DNA from: Octopus sinensis
Taxonomy: Eukaryota
Length of the DNA: 64,000 bases
Assembly: GCF_006345805.1 (NCBI RefSeq)
Contig: NC_043011.1
Location: 9,858,001 to 9,922,000, forward strand
Direction: 5' to 3'
Shown here: in pieces, positions 56,986 to 64,000 of the stretch
Numbering within the stretch: position 1 is the stretch's first letter
How the letters are laid out: the number at the start of each line of letters is the position of its first letter
The notes under the pieces: model-generated
Seen by the model: the letters and a program-made list of their open reading frames with translations, nothing else
Told to the model about the DNA's origin: nothing
The model's database searches: none
Position numbers and translations under genes: made by a program

Positions 56986-58372
56986 ATAAATATATGAATA
57001 AAATTACATTAATAATGTTAAGAACGACTACAAGAACAACATTTGTAGCAATGTTTTCCTCTGCCCCTCATGGGAAAGTAGACAATGCAGGCAGATGGAT
57101 TTGACACAGTAAACGACTGTCCGCTAATTACATAATTGTCCTGTGAACCAAACATCTGACAAGCAAGTGTAGTTTTTCAACCCATGAAATCAATATGTAG
57201 AGCATCTACTTTCCATCTCCTGCCAGTTTCCAATAAAAATCATCTGAAGGAAACGAAGGAAAGAGGAAGATCTGAAGAAGAAACTGCAGTAACCAGTCCT
57301 TACAGAAGTCTTCAACAAATTACCAGGAATCGCTTCATTGTTAAAGTAAACTTTAAAATTTACTTCAGCCATTATTTTGTTTTTACCAGTTTCAAATTCC
57401 AAATAAAATTATCCATTTCCAATAAATATATCACTATGCAATATCTTGGTAGTTTTTCTTGCTTTTTATTGCTCTATACTCTCCCTCTTTCATGTAGCAT
57501 TTCAATTTAAAAGTTAATTAACAGCCATTATCAGGCTGGCAAGGCAGTAGAAATGGTCAAATGCCAGATTAAATGCATCACAGTGCTTTGAGAGTTTTTA
57601 CAATTTCTATTACAACAAATGGCAGAAGGTCAACTTTGCTTTTTATCCCTCCAGAGTTTGGGAAACAAGTAAAAATTATATATTGGGCCCCATTCACTGC
57701 ATCTTAGAAAAATTGCACAAGAAATTAGGTTGAGTCAGCGCCACAAGACAAGAACTGATTCAAGAAACTATAGTCCCAACAAAACCTGCTCCTGGACCAA
57801 CATAGAAGATTAAGAGGAGAGACAGAGCCATATCAGTATACAATGAGATAATGGAATATGGTAAAGTAAGGTTCCCTGTGATTTAGGGTCCACATCTCAG
57901 TTTCAGTTTTAAGGTACAGTTACTTCACATCCTTAACTTTCTTTTGAAATGTTTACCTCAGAATCACATTTCTGTTCCTTTCTTACCAACAGGACTTTTT
58001 ACTTTATTACTCCAAAATATCTGATGCAGGACCCGTAGACAATTTCTAGGGAAATGGTTTAAGGCATGGTATTAATGCCACAAAATCTCTCTCTCCCTAC
58101 ATATATATATATATATATAGATTAGTAATAGGATTTATTAGAATCTGGTGCAACAACACACAGGAAGCCAGAACTGGCTAGGTACCATAGCATAGGGTTC
58201 ACAGTGAGGTAGCACAGCCATGAGATATCATGTGTTAGTGCTATACAACAGGTATGTAAGTACCAAATGCAAATTAAACTGTAGATCCAACTCGGGGTTA
58301 GTTCCAGGTTTGGTGTAGGTATAAAAAGAAAACGAATGGGGCTTAGAATTTTAAACCCCATTTCCATTCTCC

Positions 58373-58407
<35 letters not shown>

Positions 58408-58784
58408 ACAGGCTGCTTTCAAACTGTTTCCATCTGGTCATTTTCCTTGCAAGGCATTGGTCAGCCTGTGACTAGAGTTTGACCAAGATGCTACATGATA
58501 AGACTGACCCAGAGAGCACATGGCTACAAGAGGACGTCTCTACATGACATTTATAATGGGTCTCCATTGGTTTCAGTGCTAAGTCTTCAGATGCTTCATC
58601 ACACGGTATTAGCATGTCTATGGCTGAGTATTCCATACAACTCCAATTTCAAAGGTATGAATTGATTGTAAGATCTAGAAAATGATACCTGTTCAACATG
58701 GCCCTCGTGGTTATCAAGTGAACTATATTTATATACAAGAAGTGCCAACACACGAAACTTGCAGCACTTGAGTCACTCTGTAAC

Positions 58785-59235
58785 TTCTTATTTCTTATTT
58801 CCTTATTTCCTTATTTCATATTTCTTTACTGCCCACAAGGGGCTACACACAGAGAGGACAAACAAGGATAATCCTTGTTTCTTCCGTTGATTATATCGAC
58901 CCAAGTGCATAACTGGTACTTATTTAATCGACCCCAAAAGGATGAAAGGCAAAGTCGACCTCAGCAGAATTTGAACTCAGAACATAACTGCAAATGAAAT
59001 ACCTATTTCTTTACTACCCACAAGGGGCTAAACATAGAGGGGACAAACAAGGACAGACAAACAGATTAAGTCGATTATATCGACCCCAGTGCATAACTGG
59101 TACTTAATTTATCGACCCTGAAAGGATGAAAGGCAAAGTTGACCTCGGCGGAATTTGAACTCAGAACGTAGTGGCAGATGAAATATCACAAAGCATTTTG
59201 CCCAGCGTGCTAACCATTCTGCCAGCTTGCCGCCT
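58785..59235 (-). mobile_element. Tandem dimer of the Meta-SINE-like family with AAGAAAT-type tail
   Basis: Two direct units CCCACAAGGGGCTA...TATCGACCC..GTGCATAACTGGTACTT...GAATTTGAACTCAGAAC. Same subfamily as 26186-26424. Confidence 0.8.
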
Positions 59236-60597
59236 TAACTACTGTAACTTTAGTCAAAAATATGTACATTTTCTATTTTCTTCTTTGCATTACAAAAGCT
59301 ACACACACACACGTGTGTGTGTGTGTGTCTACCAATTTATATTTATAAATGTGGAAAAGAAATGGCAGTAAGCTCTGAAAATCTATTATAATTATTGTTG
59401 TGCACTGAAGGTTTGATATAATAATTCACTGATAAGCACATGCATACACACACTCTGGACATTAACAGAAAAAGAAAATTCCAAAATAATCAACGAAAAT
59501 AATTTTCCAGAAGGTTCTTTACTGATAAGGACTTGAAAATAAATGGTAGGAGGTTTTTTGGTGCTAGCTCAGTAAAAGAGTCTCTAAAAATATCCCAAAG
59601 ATTTTTTTACTGTCTCTTTTAAGATATTTATATCATTCCTTACTGATACTTCCCTCCACATACACTTCCACTGCAATATTGGTGTAAAGTTGCAACATGA
59701 AAATATAATGCTTGCTAAGAGCAAAATCCTCTCCAAATATTAAGATTTTATGTCAGCATTTCAAAATTTCAAGAATTTCTGATTTAATTTCAGGGATTTT
59801 AGTTATTCTGCTGAAAGATGGATTTACAAGGTTGTAGAATCACAAATGCTGAGGAAAGAAGCCAAATTTAACTATAAAAAAATAATAAAACCCAGCTACT
59901 GACTTGGAATACATATAAATAAAATAGATATCCATATATTATGATAATATATTATAATATATTATAATATATATATGTCACAGTAATTCTCATTTTTAGT
60001 TTCAGTTTAGAAAGACATAACAAGGGGATTCTCTTGTAGACAACAGATAAGAGGTCCCTGATTTCAAGCTGACCAACCTGTACAGATGATTTGTTTCTAG
60101 TGATCAAATGTCTCTGCTGTACGTTAAATCCTTACTTTAGCTCTTTCCTTCCGACAGATCAACATTGCCTTCATAGGAGAGCAAGGTGTGCCACACTTAA
60201 ATGTCAAAGAGATCCCAAAACAAAGTGAAATGACTTGCTTTGCACCAACTAGGCTGAGAACCAAAACTATAATCTTGTGATTGGGAGTACTACACCACAC
60301 ACACACAGCATGATACAGAATGGGACAAGGCTGCCCCCTTGTGAATTACAGGTACAACTCATTTTCACAAGCTGAGTGGACTGGAACAACATGAAAGAGT
60401 GTCTTGCTGAAGGACACAATGCATGTCAGGTATTGAACTCACAACCTTTTGATAACAAGCTCAATACCCTAACCACTAAGTCACACACGGGCTGTGGATT
60501 TAGTTGCCAATGACCCAACCATGCAACCGTTTGTACTGCATTCCAGGTAACCAGCAGCACTCAGGGATGTATACATATATGTTACTAATAACACACA

Positions 60598-60632
<35 letters not shown>

Positions 60633-61260
60633 GGGTAAAGGATGTCACCAACTGAAAACAACGAGTTAAATACATGAACAACAAGAGGAAAAATGGGAAA
60701 CAGGATAAGTAACACAATGAACGACCCTTCATCAGTTGTCGGTCTGTCTGTCTACTCCTCATTTCAATCATTCAACGACAAAATATGTGTCTTCAAGGAA
60801 AGTAGCTCCCATAACTTCCAAAATAAGTTTTGGATTTTACAGAGGGCCAAAGTTGGGAACAAAAACAATAGCAACATATAATAAAAACAACTTTAAATGA
60901 TTATTCTGGAGCATATTCACCATCTACTTCAATTACTGCTTCCCATTTGTTTGGCAGACGGTCAGACTGTCATTTAATGATGTTTTTGTTAAATATTGTT
61001 ATTGTTTTTGTTGAATAAAATTTGTTGAAAAAAAAGCTGCAATAATTATGCACCAACTGATATATATAGATATAAATATATATATAAATATGTGTGTGTG
61101 TTTATATGCATATATATATATATTCTCATATATATGTGTATATGTATATGTGTGAGTATTTAAAAGCACAGGCTTGAAATGCCATTGACTCTTCCATATT
61201 TCCTCCGTACATGGAGGGTTGCATTTACAACCCCTATCTCAATTTGTAAATATATGTATA

Positions 61261-61777
61261 TCATCATCATCATCGTCGTCGTTTAACGTCCGTTCTCCAT
61301 GCTAGCATGGGTTGGACGGTTCGACCGGGGTTCTGGGAAGCCAGAAGGCTGCACCAGGCTCCAGTCTAATTTGGCAATGTTTCTACAGCTGGATGCCCTT
61401 CCTAACGCCAACCACTCCGTGAGTGTAGTGGGTGCTTTTTACGTGCCACCTGCACAGGTGCCAGGCGGGGCTGGCAACGGCCACGGTCAGATTGGTGTAT
61501 TTTATGTGCCACCGGCACGGAAGCCAGTCGAGGCGGTGCTGGCATCGGCCACGAGTCGGATAGTGCTTTTTACGTACCACCAGACCAGTGATCCTGGCTG
61601 GTTCAATTCGATTTCGATTTCGCTTGCCCCAACATGTCTTCACAAGCAAAGGGGGTTGGCAAGGGTGCCTGTCGTACGGTCGCATTGGAGTATTTTACGT
61701 GCCACGGCCACGAGTCGGATAGTGCTTTTTACGTACCACCAGACCAGGGATCCTGGCTGGTTCAATTCGATTTCGAA
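61261..61777 (-). repeat. RTE 3'-tail repeat copy with an internal ~70-bp direct duplication
   Basis: CpG-rich, so probably young. About 61546-61617 is repeated at about 61705-61776. Confidence 0.85.
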
Positions 61778-62014
61778 TATATATATGTATATGTATATAT
61801 GTATATATATGTATATGTATATATGTATATATATGTATATATATATATATAGTACATTTATATATTTGTTGTGCAAGATTTTTTATGTGAAGTCATGTGT
61901 TGAAACAGATATTGTTATATTTCGGAATGGTCATATTGCCAGTTTAGCCAATAAAAACACACGCACTATATATTTGGTGTTATTTATTTTTTACATTAAT
62001 CTTAATCTTATTTC

Positions 62015-62058
62015 GGCCAGAGTTCTTTCGTCACACTCCTTTGACCGCATCAGTGGTC
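62015..62058 (-). ncRNA. Minimal type I hammerhead-ribozyme-like motif in Penelope 3' UTR
   Basis: GACCA-CUGAUG-CG-GUCA-aaggagug-UGAC-GAAA-GAAC-UC-UGGCC. Stem I CCA/UGG, stem II GUCA/UGAC, one-pair stem III, UC site. The core deviates from CUGANGA. Confidence 0.6.
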
Positions 62059-62377
62059 TTTTGTTTTCTTCTTTCTTATTTGTGTCTCTCCTTACTAACC
62101 GTCAGCCGTTTTGTATTTCTATTGTATGTCTTCTTTTGCACATGCTTATATCTCTATGTGCGTCTATGTTTATTTAGTGTGTGTGTGGGGGGGGGATGCC
62201 TGTAATATTTGTATCTTCTGTTTATATACGTTCATGTAATTTGCTTTTGTTTTTGTTGATTCTTATTTTGTTCATGTGTTTACATCCACTTATTATTATC
62301 ATTACATATGCTTGTATGTATGTATGTATGTATAACAACAATACTAGTAATAATAATAATAAATTAAAAAAAAAAAC

Positions 62378-62787
62378 TTCTTTACTCTTTTGCTCTTTTA
62401 CTTGTTTCAGTCATTTGACTGCGGCCATACTGGAGCACCGCCCCATGTCGAGCAAATCGACCCCGGGACTTATTCTTTGTAAGCCCAGTACTTATTCTAT
62501 CATTCTCTTTTGCCGAACTGCTATGTGACGGGGACGTAAACACACCAGCGTCAGTTGTCAATCAATGCTAGGGGGACAAACACAGACACACAAACACATA
62601 CACACACATACATATATATATATATACGACAGGCTTCTTTCAGTTTCTGTCAACCAAATCCACTCACAAGGCATTGGTCGGCCCGGGGCTATAGCAGAAG
62701 ACACTTGCCCAAGATGCCACGCAGTGGGACTGAACCCAGAACCATGTGGTTGGTTAGCAAGGTACTTACCACACAGCCACTCCTGCG
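62378..62787 (-). mobile_element. tRNA-derived CORE-type SINE (octopus OR-like) inserted in the Penelope left arm
   Basis: Minus strand: GGAGTGGCTGTGTGGTAAG (A box), GGGTTCAGTCCC (B box), CTTGGGCAAGTGTCTTCT (CORE-like), an internal microsatellite and an AAAGAGT-type tail. Confidence 0.8.
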
Positions 62788-63198
62788 TTATTTATTTATT
62801 TATTTCTATTTGTTTATTTATCTGTGTATTTATTATGTTTTCGGGATCCTCTACCGTCATATGTTGTGGTGTGTGCTAGTGTTCCATTCCAGTTTCCTAT
62901 TCAGGCTAGGTTTATTTTCTATTATGTGTGTAGCTTCTGTAATTTGTCTGATTGTTGCATCTGTTCTATGTGTGGACAATATTTTAATTTCTATGTTGTT
63001 GATTGGTCCCCCATGTTCCTGTTCGGCGTGTTGGTACAGAATCGATGAGCTTTTACCTTCCTTGAGTTCTTTCATATGTTCATTTACCCTCTCTCCTATG
63101 CTTCTTGCCATTTCCCCAACGTATGTTATTGTCTTGTTACTGCATCGTCCCTCTATACATCTTAAACTATAGACTACATTTCTGGCTATACGGATTAG

Positions 63199-64000
63199 TA
63201 CTGTGCTGTATGTAGATTTAGCCCACAAACAAACTGTAAAGCCAGAAATGTAGTCTATAGTTTAAGATGTATAGAAGGACGATGCAGTAACAAGACGACA
63301 TACGTAGGGGAAACGGCAAGAAGCATAGGAGAGCGGGTAAATAAACATATGAAAGAACTCAAGGAAGGTAAAAGCTCATCGATTCTGTACCAACACGCCA
63401 AACAGGAACACGGGGGACCAATCAACAACATAGAAATTAAAATATTGTCCACACATAGAACAGATGCAACAATCAGACAAATTACAGAAGCTACACACAT
63501 AATAGAAAATAAACCTAGCCTGAATAGGAAACTGGAATGGAACACTAGCACACACCACAACATATGACGGTAGAGGATCCCAATAAACTGGTTACAATAT
63601 AAACAAAACCGAAAGCATAATAAATAAAATACACAGATAAATAAACAAATAGAAATAAATAACTATATAAATTGTTTTTTTTAATTTAAAAGATGTTTTA
63701 AATTTATTATTATTATTACTAGTATTGTTGTTATACATACTTACAAGCATATGTAATGATAATAATAAGTGGATGTAAACACATGAACAAAATAAGAATA
63801 AACAAAAACAACAAAAACAAAAACAAATTACATGAACGTATATAAACAGAAGATACAAATATTACAGGCATCCCCCCCACACACACACTAAATAAACATA
63901 GTCGCACTTAGAGATATAAGCATGCCCAAAAGAAGACATACAATAGAAATACAAAACGGCTGACAGTTAGTAAGGAGAGACACAAATAAGAAGAAGAAAA
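63199..64000 (+). mobile_element. Penelope-like element, right arm (inverted copy, runs off the window)
   Basis: Open frame 63199-63567 YCAVCRFSPQTNCKARNVVYSLRC...YVGETARSIGERVNKH...PSLNRKLEWNTSTHHNI* includes the Cys-rich linker. 63240-64000 is the reverse complement of about 62064-63187 without the SINE. Confidence 0.88.

Larger units (their letters stand above)
61851..63187 (-). mobile_element. Penelope-like element, left arm: GIY-YIG C-terminus and 3' UTR, interrupted by a SINE
   Basis: ARNVVYSLRC...TYVGEMARSIGERVNEH...LYQH...H...RQITEATHI...PSLNRK shows the GIY-YIG pattern (VVY..YVG..R..EH..E..LN) typical of Penelope-like elements. Confidence 0.88.

Noticed and set aside
60700-60780. 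CUGAUGA plus upstream GAAA on the minus strand (possible type II hammerhead)
   Set aside because: A GU-rich stem II can be drawn, but stems I and III cannot be formed around a cleavage triplet.
61299-62177. 292-aa ORF
   Set aside because: Antisense read-through of an RTE tail, a microsatellite and the Penelope UTR, with no protein motif.

Overview
AT-rich, microsatellite-saturated animal genomic DNA. The repeat families (CORE-type and Meta-type tRNA-SINEs, an abundant RTE 3'-tail repeat) best fit a coleoid cephalopod such as octopus; this is inference. The only host coding sequence I can support is one 122-nt minus-strand exon (53335-53456) encoding the first L27 domain of the MAGUK scaffold CASK/LIN-2. 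The rest appears to be CASK intron (over 53 kb downstream, over 10 kb upstream) filled with transposable elements. These include a full-length mariner with TIRs, an internally deleted DD37D (maT) element, a young 5'-truncated CR1-clade LINE and a non-autonomous Helitron inside one TA-rich microsatellite field, R4/Dong LINE fragments, and RTE fragments (one with a PHD-type finger). There are also many SINEs and a head-to-head inverted Penelope-like (GIY-YIG) element with a minimal hammerhead-ribozyme-like motif. Nearly all supplied ORFs are microsatellite artefacts. I see no clearly new biological system. The best leads are RNA-structural: the hammerhead variant, the Penelope palindrome, a tandemly amplified pseudoknot-like unit, and inverted repeats around the exon. 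Coordinates of degraded repeats are approximate.
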